DNA of 63,129 nt, counting the filler, from Reclinomonas americana ATCC 50394 (lineage: Eukaryota): the NCBI GenBank assembly GCA_048213135.1. It is 19 parts of 19 records of this genome, joined end to end, with 100 filler letters (N's around TTAATTAATTAA, not from the genome) between each part and the next. Parts side by side here need not be neighbours in the genome. Positions count along the whole stretch, not along the records: positions 13,187 to 15,563 come from AFZH01017500.1; positions 15,664 to 19,060 come from AFZH01017501.1; positions 19,161 to 22,878 come from AFZH01017503.1; positions 22,979 to 26,085 come from AFZH01017504.1; positions 26,186 to 35,199 come from AFZH01017505.1; 14 more parts are not named here. One strand, written 5' to 3'. Every line of letters starts with the position of its first letter. The stretch's first letter is position 1. Below, piece by piece: positions 13,723 to 26,273 of the stretch. Both the position numbers and the translations under genes were made by a program. The notes beneath the pieces are model-generated. The model was not told the origin of the DNA and searched no databases. It was given only the letters and a program-made list of their open reading frames with translations.

Positions 13723-13902
13723 CTACTTTCCATTTTGGTGTCCACTGCGTCCCGGCGCCTGGTGCAAGGCCTCCGGCGCCTCGGCGTACGGCAGCGCAGG
13801 TGTTTGTAATACAGGCAGTGCAGAGAGCACGCCAGGTATGCAGACGATGCACACGCACGATTGCTCAACTGTGCGGCATTTGCGGCATGAATTCTGACAC
13901 AT
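13723..13902 (-). CDS. Partner gene family B, copy 1 (5'-truncated or short form)
   Basis: MCQNSCRKCRTVEQSCVCIVCIPGVLSALPVLQTPALPYAEAPEALHQAPGRSGHQNGK* shares its C-terminus with copies 2 and 3 but lacks the acidic N-terminus. Confidence 0.45.
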   Translation of the reverse strand: MCQNSCRKCRTVEQSCVCIVCIPGVLSALPVLQTPALPYAEAPEALHQAPGRSGHQNGK

Positions 13903-14020
13903 CAAGATTACCGTTGCCTTTTTTGTCGAGCAATTGTTGAGTGCGTGCGCGCGCACGCTCTCATTCTCTTCATCTCTCTCTCTCTCTCTCACGCACACAC
14001 ACACACACACACATCGCGTC

Positions 14021-15252
14021 ATGGGGTGTGGGCCATCCAAGGGTCAAGTGGCGAACTTGGAGTCTTCGTGTTTTCGTCGGGTGTGTGATTGTACATGACT
14101 ATTGACTGCGCACTTGTGATGACGTGACTTGCCATTCACGAGTTTGTGCACATTCAGACGAACGCCCAGCACCAGCGATGTGAGCGGAGAGTGTCACCAG
14201 AGAGCGCCGTTGTCGACAATCTCGAGCAGGCGGCGGCGGTGATCGCCGCACACGACGCGCGCCGGCAAGCGTCACCAATGGCCTCTCAACGTCCGCTGTG
14301 TGTGGAGCCCCTCCCACTGGTGCATGTTGCGTCCTCTGCGCACGCAGCTCTGGTGCTGACAGGAAGTGCGACGCGCAACACGAGAATCATGGTCGACGAG
14401 TCTGCTTATTCAAGTGCCCGATCGCCGAGCATCACCAGCAGCACCGGCGGCTCACAACAATCACACAAGCGTCCGCCACGCTCAGTTCGCTTCGCAGTAT
14501 CGTCGTCAGCAGTCAGCTGCTCGTCGCCAGCGTCAAGCCAACAGATGTCTTCGAATTCTCGATCATCTGTGGTGGCGTCATCAACATCTCTGGATCTCAG
14601 AGGCGTCTTGAAGGGCAGCCGCGGTCGAGATGCAGAGCAGGTGAGAGATGCACAAGTCGCAGTGATCTACTGTGTACGTGTGCGCTGCGCGATCTCTCAC
14701 TGCATGATCGACACACAGGAATGCACGCCTGGCCGATCCAGAAGCCGAGTACGACGGCACGATCGATTAGCGCCGCTGGTGCAACCCAACAGGGCGGATC
14801 CAGCTGTCCATCAGGAGGTGAGCAGCGCGTACGTGCTGCGCAGTGTGCACACGCCTCGTGGGAAGTGCTTGTCGATGTTGATCTTGCGCTGTCGCAGCAG
14901 GCAGCAGTTCACGTCATACCGCGGTTGTGCGAGCAGGCGCTCACCAGCGCCGGACTGCGACCTGATCCACTCGTTGAGAAACTGGTTTTGACCATGGACA
15001 AGACGAGGCTGGTTCTTCGTCAGCGTCTTCGCGCGCAAGTGCTCAGGTGGCTGGAGGGCTGCCATAGTTACAGCCAGCTGTCTTTGAAGGAGGTGAGACG
15101 TCGTGCTGTGTGCGATGAGTGGTGTTATTCCTCGTATTCTGACTGCAGTGGCATAGTGGGTGGAGGATGTACGAGCGATGCAGGGAGCATGGAGAGAGGA
15201 GAATACGGAAGCAGAGATTGGCGATACCGACGATACGTGTGATCATGAGTGA
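14021..15252 (+). CDS. Orphan family A, copy 1 (MGC N-terminus, 5 exons)
   Basis: MGCGPSKGQVANLESSCFRR | Ser-rich exon with RSVRF and LRGVLK | ECTPGRSRSRVRR | LCEQALTSAGLRPDPLVEK...RWLEGCH | VEDVRAMQGAW...CDHE*. Same intron positions as its paralogs. Confidence 0.75.
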
Positions 15253-15361
15253 TTGGTGAAACTGGCAGCGCGCGTACGTCAATTGCAAGCATGTTCGTTG
15301 TCAGAGGGTACGTATTGCTATGTTGGGAATAGGGTGCCAACAATAATGAATGGTATGTGCG

Positions 15362-15413
<52 letters not shown>

Positions 15414-16355
15414 TGTGAGAGAGAGAGAGGAGGGGGAAGGGAAGAGAGGAGGAGAGAGAGAGAGAGTAGTTCGTTAGTTCGTTTCGTTACGCGGTACGGT
15501 ACGTTACGGTTACGTACGGTACGTACCGTACGGTACGGACGGAACGGTAACGACGGTACGGCGNNNNNNNNNNNNNNNNNNNNNNNNNNNNNNNNNNNNN
15601 NNNNNNNTTAATTAATTAANNNNNNNNNNNNNNNNNNNNNNNNNNNNNNNNNNNNNNNNNNNNGAGAGAGAGAGAGAGGGGGGGGGGAAAAACGAGAGAG
15701 GGAGGGAAAGCTTAAGAGAGAGATTGTGATTTCGGTTTTCTTCGAGACGGCTTTACCGTGGATCGACACTGGCGGAACGAGAATCGGCGCACGAGGGCTT
15801 GATGTCGGTGCGGTTGCGAGTGTGCTCCAGCGGTGAGCACTCACGCGGGAGCCAGGATCGTGACCAGCGGGCCGCACACACGCTCGAGGGAGGGTTTTGC
15901 TGGTCACATCGCTTGACCGGCCCCTCTCGATCGGGGCCCGATCTACTTAAGCGAAGGCATGTAAAATAAAGTCAAACTATAAGTCGGTTGTGGTTGGGGC
16001 GCATCGCTGTCGGTGTTGAGTCGAGTAGAGAGTGCCACGTTAGTGACGGTGCTGTTCAGTGGTGGACTGGTGGTGGCAGTAGAGGACACTACAATTGGTT
16101 GTCGAGACTGACTGATAAGTGTGGAGCAAGCTCAAATACGGAACTCTCTCCAAACGTAGTCAGGAGAGTGTGTTGACTCTGATCGTTCACGTCGAAATCA
16201 TCGAACTCGAACGCGACGCTCTGGGAGCTGTCTGTCGCACTTCGGCATCCTCTGAGCCGCACCTCGTCAAGTTTGCATGCACGTGAGCTGCACGCCTGCG
16301 AAACCGCCAGAGAGACTCACAAGTTTTGTGTTTTTCATTTTTATTAGGCGATCTA

Positions 16356-16816
16356 CTACTTTCCATTTTGGCGTCCACTGCGTCGCGGCGCCTGGCGCAA
16401 GGCCTCCAGCGCCTCGGCGTACGGCAGCGCTGGTGTTTGTAACACAGGGAGCGCAGACAGCATGCCAGGAACTCTCGCAACGCACACGCAAGTCTGCTCG
16501 AGGCAGCCCAATACGCAAAAACCACCAGATTGGTTTTGTCGCTCACTCTCGCTCTCCTCGCACTCTGGAGGATCAAGAGGCGTGACGCTGTCGTCGTCGT
16601 GGACACTCTCAATGTCTTCGACAGTTGCATCACAGTCGACACTGCCGTCAGTCTCTTCAGCGGTGCTCTGGAAGACACAAAATGGATTCAGCGATACTCG
16701 AGGAGAACAATGAATGCTGCGCGAGCGCGATGCACCTGCGCTGAAGTCCGCTTCGTTGCTTCACACTCGTGCTCTTCCTCCAAGGTGCTTGAGTCGTCGC
16801 CAGAATACTGTGTCAT
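16356..16816 (-). CDS. Partner gene family B, copy 2 (2 exons, 130 aa acidic/Cys-cluster protein)
   Basis: Exon 16816-16736 (MTQYSGDDSSTLEEEHECEATKRTSAQ), 68-nt GT-AG intron, exon 16667-16356 (STAEETDGSVD...FCVLGCLEQTCVCVARVPGMLSALPVLQTPALPYAEALEALRQAPRRSGRQNGK*). AATAAA lies just downstream. Confidence 0.7.
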
Positions 16817-17297
16817 GCGCTGCGCTCGTGCTGGGTTTGATCGCCGACTAAAATGAGCCAAGATTCATCATGGGATTCGCGTCTACCAATTGCTTTCAAT
16901 GGTTTTTTCCAGATTCGCCGAGTTTTTTCCTTGCCATTCCCTTGACTTGCCTTGCACACGTGCTTGTGGGGATGAGTGCGAGCGCGGCCACGTCCACTTT
17001 TGTTCTCATGCACGCGAATTCGAACATCCAATCAAAATCTGGCGTTGGCCAGGGACAAGCTGCAGTGTGCTCGGCACTTTCATGCTGTCGCTTTCAATAT
17101 GGATGGACGAGGTCGCCAAGACAGCTGTTGCTGTCCAGCCACTACTCACGCTTCATTTGCCTGTTCCGTTTCGTCTGCATTTGGACTGACAATAATGCCG
17201 TTTGCCTTTTTTGTTTGAGTGGAGACGCGCGTGCACACACGCACACACGCACACTCTCTCTCGCACACACACACACACGCAAGGCGAGCCGTGCGTC

Positions 17298-18545
17298 ATG
17301 GGTTGCGCGTCATCGAGAGGACGAGTGGCTAACTTGGAGTCTCCATGTCTTCGGCCAGTTCGTAATGTGTTTTGTGGCATGAATGCACACACCGTAGTAG
17401 CATTCAATGATTTTATGTTCGCATAGGTACATCAGAGGCACACCGTGTACGGACTAGCAGTTGCGCAGCACCAGCGATGCGAGCAACGAGTGCCAGTGAG
17501 CGCTCCTGGCGCCGATGTCACGCTTGCCAACAATCTCGCGATGATTGAGCACGCTTCGAAGCACTCTCTCGATGTGCCGTCGTTGGCGGCCTCTGGACGT
17601 CCACTCTGTGTGGAACCCCTGCAGCTGTCGCACGTCACATGCACGTCCTCGGCAGCGCTGTCGCAAACGGGGAGTGCGACGCGCAACGCGAGTGTGACGA
17701 GGATCATGGCCAACGAGTCCGCGCGTGCCCGATCGCCGAGCATCACCAGCAGTGCAGGAGGTTCAAGGCGATCACGCACGTTCACAGTGCGCTTTGCGGT
17801 GTCGGAGTCGACAGTCGGCTGCCCTTCACCAGCGTCAAGCCAACAACAACAGTTGTCGGCTCGATCGATATCGTCGGTATCATCAACATCACTGGATCTC
17901 AGAGGCGTCTTGAGGAGCAGCCGCACGGAACAGGTGACGCCCGCACAAGGCGTAGCGAGTGACTGCGCTGCATGCAGATCTCTCACTGGATGCAGAACAC
18001 GCAGGAAAGCACGCCGGGTCGCGATCGATTTCGGAGCCGTGTACGTCGTCGATTAGGAACTCCTCTGGGGCAGCACAAGACGGATCCTGCTCCTCGCCAG
18101 GAGGTAAGGGAATGCATGCTCGTCCGCGTTCACTGCGGTGTGTACGCGCGAGTCGATACTGATCTGGTAAACGCCTATGCAGCCGCAGCAGGCAGAAGCT
18201 CTCGTTCAAGTCTTGCCACGGTTGTGCGAGCAGGCGCTCACCAGCGCTGGACTGCGACCTGATCCACTCGTAGAGAAACTGGTGGTGACCATGGACAAGG
18301 AGAGGCCGGTTCTTCGCATGCGCGTGCTCGTGATTCGGTGGCTACAAGGCTGCCAGTGCTTCGGACTGCTGACAGTGGAGGAGGTGAGACGTCGTGCTGT
18401 GCGCGGGATTCGTGTCTCTTCTCTCTTTCCTGACCTACCAGAGCAGAGGGTGGAGGACCAACGAGCGATGCAGGGAGCATGGAGGGAGGAAGAAGCAGGT
18501 GTTGTCACAGATACTGGTGATGATATTGACGATACGTGCGAGTGA
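17298..18545 (+). CDS. Orphan family A, copy 2 (MGC N-terminus, 5 exons)
   Basis: MGCASSRGRVANLESPCLRP | ...FTVRFAVSES...LDLRGVLR | ESTPGRDRFRSRVRR | LCEQALTSAGLRPDPLVEK | RVEDQRAMQGAW...DDTCE*. Confidence 0.78.
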
Positions 18546-18735
18546 AATTGGAAGCGCGTCAATAATAATCATAGAACTTCACTGAGACAAACAACAATGA
18601 GCATCTAACAGTGATCGCCAACAAGTCTCGTGTGCTTTCCTTCTGCAAAGGTAGTCAGGGTATCGCTGCGGCCGCGGTGGGAATTGAGTGCTGTTCGAAT
18701 TTATGGAAACACATGTACAAGAATGAGGGATGCAT

Positions 18736-18779
<44 letters not shown>

Positions 18780-19429
18780 GTGAGTGTGTGTGTGAGAGAG
18801 AGAGAGGGAAAGACAGCTAAAGAGAGAAGAGACAAAAAGAAGCAGTGTTTTGAGTGGTTGATATCGATTTCTTGCGCATACAGTATGCATGCATGCGCAT
18901 GCAGGCTTTCCGCTGCGCTGAGGAAACACTCACATGCAAGTTGGAGCCACAAGCTGTGCGCCTCTCTCACAAGTGCGCTCTCTGCATACAAGGATCCGGA
19001 AACGCATCCGTTTGCAAACAGTTCATCCAAATCATCTGTCCTCTCAAACAAAAGAAGAGANNNNNNNNNNNNNNNNNNNNNNNNNNNNNNNNNNNNNNNN
19101 NNNNTTAATTAATTAANNNNNNNNNNNNNNNNNNNNNNNNNNNNNNNNNNNNNNNNNNNNCTCCACACACACACACACACCCTCACGATCTCTTGCGCTT
19201 GCACACGCACAGTCAGATTCAGAGAGAAACAGTGCAAACCGAATTGGGAAAATATGGCCTTTTATGCCTCACTTTTCCTCCGTTCCTCACTCTCGCCGCG
19301 CGCGCACACACGCACACACACACACACACATTTGCATGCACACATGCACCCTTGTACACACACATACACTCTCTCTCAGTGGTAGGAAAAAACTAATCGA
19401 GAAGACAACGCTTTTCACCTCGTGTCTCT

Positions 19430-19502
19430 CTCTTCCTTCGCCCCCCACTCTCGCAGAACTCATTGAGAAGACAGCGGTTTCGTCTGTCTTACTCCTCTGA
19501 CG

Positions 19503-19549
<47 letters not shown>

Positions 19550-19990
19550 CCACATACACACACTTCACACAGCCAGCGACAGAGATCGCAACACTAATCG
19601 AGAAGGCCACGCTTTTCATCTGTCCTGATTCTTCCATTGCCGTTCTCTTTCCAACAAAAAACCTGGTCCGTGGCGTTTACTCACTTTTCTGTGCAACTTC
19701 TGCATCACACGCAAGATCCTGCAGCTGCACGGCATGTGGACGCGGGTCACTGGTGATGCTGCTCATTGTTCTCAACGTGAGGAGTGGCTCTATTGACGCT
19801 AATCTTCCCAAGTTGCTATGGTCGCCACCTGCCGGACACGACCACAGCCACCACTGATCATGTGTCGTACGAGACCGCCGAGTGGTGGAAGTGGTCGGTG
19901 CGCTTTGTTGATGTCGGTATGATGATGAGTGTGTGTGGAAATTAACGGTTGTGTTTTGTGGTGTGTTTGCTGTGGAAGAGGAATGGGGTG
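19430..19990 (+). pseudogene. Degenerate duplicated fragments of the 7TM gene exon (about 9700-10035) and of the 12730-12960 terminal exon
   Basis: gcatcacacgcaagatcctgcagctgcacggcatgtggac matches about 9948-9988, with its acceptor AG lost and an indel. The following block matches 12735-12950 with deletions. Confidence 0.75.
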
Positions 19991-20395
19991 GCGGTGCTTT
20001 GTTTGCATGTGGGTGGGAGGGAGGGAGAGAGAGAGACAGAGGGAGTGAGTGAGGGAGAGAAAAGACGAGTGTGCACAATTGGCAGACAGTCATAACTGGT
20101 GGGAGAGATGCGCTGCGCAAATGCCGATGCTAACAATTGCAATGATTGCGTGCTGCCTCGACAGTGGTGAGGCCGGTCAGCACAGGTACACCAACCTCGT
20201 ACCGGACAGCCGCCAACCTGAGCTGAGTTGTGGGGCACCCATCGAATGAGACAGTTTAGCTGGATTGGCCACGGGAGCTGTCTGTCACACTTCGGCGTCC
20301 ACTGAGGTGCGCCGCATCGAGTCAGGTGCTGTCGCTGCGCACACATCTGAGCAACAGCAAGAGGAGACACTTGATTTTTCATTTATTTAGGCGAT

Positions 20396-20868
20396 CTACT
20401 GCTTGCCATTTTGGCGTCCACTGCGTCGCGGCGCCTGGTGTAATGCTTCCAGCGCCTCAGCGTACGGAAGTGCGGGAGTTTGTAACACGGGCAGTGCAGA
20501 TTGCATGCCAGGAACACTCGCAATGCACACGCAAGTCTGCTCGAGGCAGCCGGCGCCGCAAACGCAAAAACCAGATTGGTCTCTTCGCTCACTCTCGCTC
20601 TCCTCACACTCTGGAGGATCAAGAGATGCGACGCTGCCATCGTCGTGGACACTCTCAGTTGCGTCACTGTCGACACTGCCGTCAGCCTCTTCAGTGGTGC
20701 TCTGAAAAACGAAACGGGCTCAGTGATGCGCGCGCTCGCAGCGGAGAACACAAGGCAGCGAGTCCAAACCTGTGCGGGAGTCTGCTTCGTTGCTTCGCAC
20801 TCGTGCTCGTGAATGCTTGTTTCCTCTGCCTCCATGGCGCTTGCTTCGTCGCCCGAATACTGCGTCAT
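20396..20868 (-). CDS. Partner gene family B, copy 3 (2 exons, 134 aa)
   Basis: Exon 20868-20770 (MTQYSGDEASAMEAEETSIHEHECEATKQTPAQ), 68-nt intron, exon 20701-20396 (STTEEADGSVD...FCVCGAGCLEQTCVCIASVPGMQSALPVLQTPALPYAEALEALHQAPRRSGRQNGKQ*). Indels relative to copy 2 preserve the frame. Confidence 0.7.
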
Positions 20869-21391
20869 GCGATGCGCTCGCAGCGTGCTGGGTTCGATCG
20901 CCGATTCAATGAGCGCAAATTCACAATTGCAATGAAGACTCGAGCAAGGTGACAGCGTTATTCGCTTCGATATTTCTGTCTTTCACCATGCTTACAGTGC
21001 CTTTGCTTCAGATGAACTTTGGGTGTGTTGGTCCAGTGTGTTCTTGTTGAAGTAAGGTGTGTGAACGAGCATACATTCACGTGCACGCGTACGTGAACAC
21101 AAAAAATGTCCATGCGAAAGTGCCATTTTTGCCTGACGCGTTGGCGTCTGCTGGACGAGGTCACCAAGACAGCTGTTGTTGCCAGTGTTGCCAAGGCCGA
21201 GGTCGATTCCTTCAAGATGCTCACCTGCCATGGTACGAACGTGTTCGGTTTCGTCTGCTTCCGGATTTGTCAATAGTGCCGTTGCCATTTCTGTTTTGTT
21301 GTGGAGAGTGAACACACGCTCTCACTTCTTCTTCTTCCTTCTTCCACGCATGCACACTGACACTCTACTCACCAGAGAATAAGCTTGTGTC

Positions 21392-21492
21392 ATGGGGTGC
21401 GCGCCATCCAGGGGCCAAATTGTAAACTTGGCATCTCCCTGTCTGCGTCAGGTTCGGTGTGTGTTTGGTGTGCATGTGTGTGTGTGTGTGTG

Positions 21493-21537
<45 letters not shown>

Positions 21538-22739
21538 GTATGTGCATGTGTGTGTGCGTGAGCAATGCATGACATACCGAAGTGTTCATTCACGCAACGC
21601 GCACAGAGGCACAGTTTGTACGGAATAGCAGCGGCAAAGCATCAGCGATGCGAGGGGCGAGTGACGGAGAAAGCTACCGGCACTGGCGCCGATTCAGTCA
21701 GCGAACTCAAGCAGACGGCGGCGACACACACTCTCGATCGTGATCCATCTTCACCAGTGGCCTCAGCTGAGCACCCGCTGTGTGCGGAACCCCTGTCGCT
21801 GGCGCTGGCACATGTCGCGTCCTCGGCAGCACTGTCGCAGACTGGCAGTACGACATCGACACGCAACGCGAGCGTGGCGAGGAACATGGTCGACAAGTAT
21901 GCGCTTGCCCGATCACCGAGTATCACGAGCTGCGGCGGCGCTAGCAGCGCAGGCGGCTCACAGCGATCGCACAAGCGTTCGCCTTTTTCAGTACGCTTCG
22001 CGGTGTCCGAGTCCACGGTTGTGAACGGTTGCCCTTCACCAGCGTCCAGCCAACAGCTGTCATCTCGGTCGTCGGTGTCAGCAACGTCTCTCGATCTCAG
22101 AGGCGTCTTGAAGGGCAGCCGCGATCGAGAAGCGGAGCAGGTGAGACGTGCACAGGTCGCAGTGATCTAGTGTGCGTGATCTCTCACTGCACGATGAACG
22201 CACACAGGAGAGCACGCCTGGCCGATCCAGAAGCCGGGTACGACGGCACGATCGATTAGCACCCCTGGGGCCACCAAAGACAGTTCCTGCTCGTCATCAG
22301 GAGGTGAGAGTGTGCATGTTCATGTGCGTGCAGCACGATGTCAAACATGCCTCATGCTGTCTCGTCTGCGCAGCCACGAGACGATCCAGCGGCAGTTCAA
22401 CCCACGCCGAGTTTATGCGAACAGGCGCTCATCGATGCTGGACTGCGACCTAATCCGCTGGCTGAGAATCGACCTGTGACCATGGAGAAGAAGCGGCTGG
22501 TTCTTCGTCGACAACTGCGCGCGCATGTGCTCAGATGGCAGCAAGACTGCCATTGCTACGGCCAGTTGACTGTAGAGGAGGTGAGACTTGGTGTTGTGTG
22601 CGTGATACGCGGCTTTTCCCTCGTGCTGATTGGAGAGTAGAGGGTGGAGGATGAACGAGCGATGCAGGGAGCATGGAGGAAGGAAGAGGCAGGTGTCAGG
22701 GATACTGGCGATATCGGTGTCGATGATTCGTGTGAGTGA
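21392..22739 (+). CDS. Orphan family A, copy 3 (MGC N-terminus, 5 exons)
   Basis: MGCAPSRGQIVNLASPCLRQ | ...FSVRFAVSES...LDLRGVLK | ESTPGRSRSRVRR | LCEQALIDAGLRPNPL...RWQQDCHC | RVEDERAMQGAW...DDSCE*. Confidence 0.78.
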
Positions 22740-22978
22740 AATCGGATGGGCACCAACAAGCTTGTTCATTGTCGCGTTGGGAATAGGGTGGTAATGTAAA
22801 TGGCGATACGACGGTGTGGGAGAGAGAGAAGAGAGATGGAGAGAGTAAGTGAGGGAGAATGAGAGACGAGAGAGTGTGNNNNNNNNNNNNNNNNNNNNNN
22901 NNNNNNNNNNNNNNNNNNNNNNTTAATTAATTAANNNNNNNNNNNNNNNNNNNNNNNNNNNNNNNNNNNNNNNNNNNN

Positions 22979-23128
<150 letters not shown>

Positions 23129-23470
23129 ACCACTCTCGCTGTGCACAAGGAGGTGAGCACAAGAAGCACGTCTTTATGTACTGATACACATCAACACAAT
23201 ATCGTGTACGTGCTGTCGCTTTTTGCGCTGGCGCCTTTGGATATAGTTGGGCGCGCTCAGAAAGACAGCTCTTGTCTCTCTCACACACACACTCACCAAG
23301 GTCGTCTCTGCATTTGGACATGTAATTGGGAATCAAATACTGCCGTTTGCCTTTTTGACACTCTCCTTTTCTCCAGCATTCAACGCACTCGCAAACACTT
23401 GCACTCTCACAAACACACACGCTTTCTCTCTCTCTCACACACTCTCTCACACACAAGAAAAGCTTTCATC

Positions 23471-24603
23471 ATGGGGTGCGCGCCATCGAGGGTCGACTGG
23501 CAATCGTGGCGTCTCCTTGTCTTCATCGGGTTTGTTGTTGTGTCAAGTGTACACATACCGCAGTGTTCATCTTAATGCTAATGCGCACACAGAGACCCAG
23601 CATGCGCGAATTAGCAGCTGCGCAGCATCAGCGTGGCGAGGAGACCGTCGCTGTCGCTGTCGTTGTCAGCGATCGCCAACAGGCGGCCCCTCCAGAACAC
23701 CATCCACTGTCACTGGCGCATGTCGCCTCCTCGGCAGCGCTGTCGCAGACTGGCAGTGCGACGCGCGATGCGAGCGTGACGCGGATCTTGCAAATGGTCG
23801 ACAAGTCTGCGCGTGCCCGATCGATGTCGCCGAGCATCACCAAAAGCTGCAGCGCCAGCAGCGCAGGTGGCGACTCACGGCGATCGAAGCGCACAGTGCA
23901 CTTTGCGGTGTCGGAGTCCTCGGTCGCGATCGGTTGCTCTTCACCAGCGTCAAGCCAACAGCTGTCGTCGCAGTCGTCGGTATCAGCAAGCGTGGAGCTC
24001 GATGGCAATCACGAGCAGGTGAGATCCAAGTCATGATCACAGTGATCGACTGTGTGCGATCGATCTCTCACTGCGTGAAGAATGCACAGGAAAGCTCGCC
24101 GGGTCGGTTTCGAAGCCGAGTGCGACGTCGATTAGCAATACCCCTGGGGCAATCCAACAGGGCAGATCCAGATCTCCATCACGAGGTGGAGGTACGTTCG
24201 TTTGTATGCGTCCAACACAGTGTGCACACACCTCATGTGCATGTCGTATGCGCAGCTGCCGCGACAGGATCAAGCAGCAGCTCCGCGATTATGCGAACAG
24301 GCGCTCGTCGATGCTGGTCTGCGACCTGATCCACTCGTTGAGTATCGGGGTGTGATCTTGGACAAGAAGAGGCTGATGCTTCGTCGACATGTGCGCGCGC
24401 AAGTGCTCAGGTGGCAGCAAGACTGCCACTGCTACAGCCAGCTGACTGCGGAGGAGGTGAGGCGTGGTGTTGGTGTTCTCAATTCGTGGCTGCTGCTGAT
24501 TGGAGGGTAGAGGGTGGAGGATGAGCGCGCGATGCAGGAAGAGTGGCAAGATGACGAAGCGGGTGTCTCGGATGCTGTTGATATCGACGATACTTGTGAG
24601 TGA
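23471..24603 (+). CDS. Orphan family A, copy 4 (1-nt frameshift in exon 1: pseudogene or homopolymer error)
   Basis: Restoring one G in the run at about 23490-23492 gives MGCAPSRGRLAIVASPCLHR. The other exons are intact (KRTVHFAVSES; LCEQALVDAGLRPDPL; RVEDERAMQEEW...DDTCE*). Confidence 0.65.
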
Positions 24604-24729
24604 AGTTTGGAAGCCGAAGTGAGACAGGGGTTATCGTTGTGCAATGGCAATGGTGATACGACGGTGAGGAGAGAAGGAGAAGAGTAAGAGGAGGGAGAAG
24701 AAAGAAGAGAGAGGAGAGAAGAGTCTGAG

Positions 24730-25757
24730 TGTGCATGCTCCGAGTTGTCTCACGTGCTGCTCTCCGCTGAGCAAACCACACAAAGACAAGGATATCGATG
24801 CACCTCTCTCACAAGCGCACTCACTGAAGGAAGCGCATCAATGGCGAGACGACGATGAGGAGAGAAGGAGAAAGAGAAGAGAGAGAAGAAAGAGAAGAAA
24901 GAAGAGAGAAGAGAGAAGAGATCTCGAATGAGTGCGCATGCTTGATTTCCTCCGAGTTGTCTCACGTACTGCTCCCCGTTGAGCAAAACACGCCAAGACA
25001 AGTTGGACGCACCTCTCTACTCACCGAAGGAAACGCATCCGTTTTGCAAACTGTACGCAAGCACAATCATCATCATCTGTCCTCTCCAACAAACTCGCGC
25101 AAGAGAGAGAAGAGCGCACACTCTCCCTCTCCTCTCTTTCTTTACACAACAACACCAACAATGGACGAGCGTAATGTAAGCACCGCGCGCTGGTTCCACA
25201 CCGACATTCACGACGCGAAAAAGACAAGTGGACCACTGTCGGCCGACGACTTGCGCGATAGTTGGGATTTGGGTGATGTCAATGGTGAAACGACGGTGAG
25301 GAGAGAGGGAAAGAGAGAAGAGAGAGAAGAGAGAGGAGAGAGAGAAGAGGAGAGAAGAGAGAGAGAGAGAAGAGAAGAGAAATGACTGCTCCTTTGAGTT
25401 GTCTCACGTGCTGCTCTCCATTGAGCAAACCACGCAAAGACAAGGTGGATGCACCTCTCTCACAAGCGCACTCACCGAAGGAAAACGCATCCGTTTTGCA
25501 AACTGTACGCAAGCACAATCCTCATCATCTGTCCTCTTCTCCAACAAACTCGCGCAAGAGAGAGACAAGAGCGCACACTCTCCCTCCTCCTCTTCTCTCT
25601 TTACACAACACCAACAATGGACGAGCGTAATGTAAGCACCGCGCGCTGGTTCCACACCGACATTCACGACGCGAAAAAGACAAGTGGACCACTGTCGGCC
25701 GACGACTTGCGCGATAGTTGGGATTTGGGTGATGTCAATGGCGACACGACGGTGAGG
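24730..25757 (+). repeat. Tandem duplication (about 455 bp) of the HTATSF1 upstream region and exon 1
   Basis: Near-identical blocks about 24950-25300 and 25395-25757 each hold ATG, MDERNVSTARWFH...VNG(E/D)TT and a GTGAGG donor. Internally deleted or partial copies lie at 24730-24860 and 18930-19055. Confidence 0.9.
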
Positions 25758-25797
25758 ATAATGCGAGGATAAGTGCATGAAAGGGCGAGGATAATGC

Positions 25798-25843
<46 letters not shown>

Positions 25844-25921
25844 ATTGATGATTGTGTGTCATGCATGCATTCTGTGCTTGACTCTGTGCAACCGTCTCAT
25901 GTGCACACAAGCACACACCCG

Positions 25922-25956
<35 letters not shown>

Positions 25957-26185
25957 ACGAGCTCCACTGCTCCTTCTCTCACTCTCACTCTTTCACTCTC
26001 TCTCACACACTCCATTGTTGCATCCGCTCTTCTCTCCTCCTTCTCTCACTCTCTCTCTCCCTCCTCTCTCTCTCTCTCTCTCTCTNNNNNNNNNNNNNNN
26101 NNNNNNNNNNNNNNNNNNNNNNNNNNNNNTTAATTAATTAANNNNNNNNNNNNNNNNNNNNNNNNNNNNNNNNNNNNNNNNNNNN

Positions 26186-26219
<34 letters not shown>

Positions 26220-26222
26220 CTC

Positions 26223-26273
<51 letters not shown>

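Noticed and set aside
13590..13850. Possible plus-strand exon (AIYYFPFW...) with a conserved in-frame TGA upstream, hinting at stop-codon reassignment
   Set aside because: The conservation is explained by the minus-strand family B gene and its 3' flank. Recognised genes use TGG for Trp, and gene models here end in TAA, TGA or TAG, consistent with the standard code.
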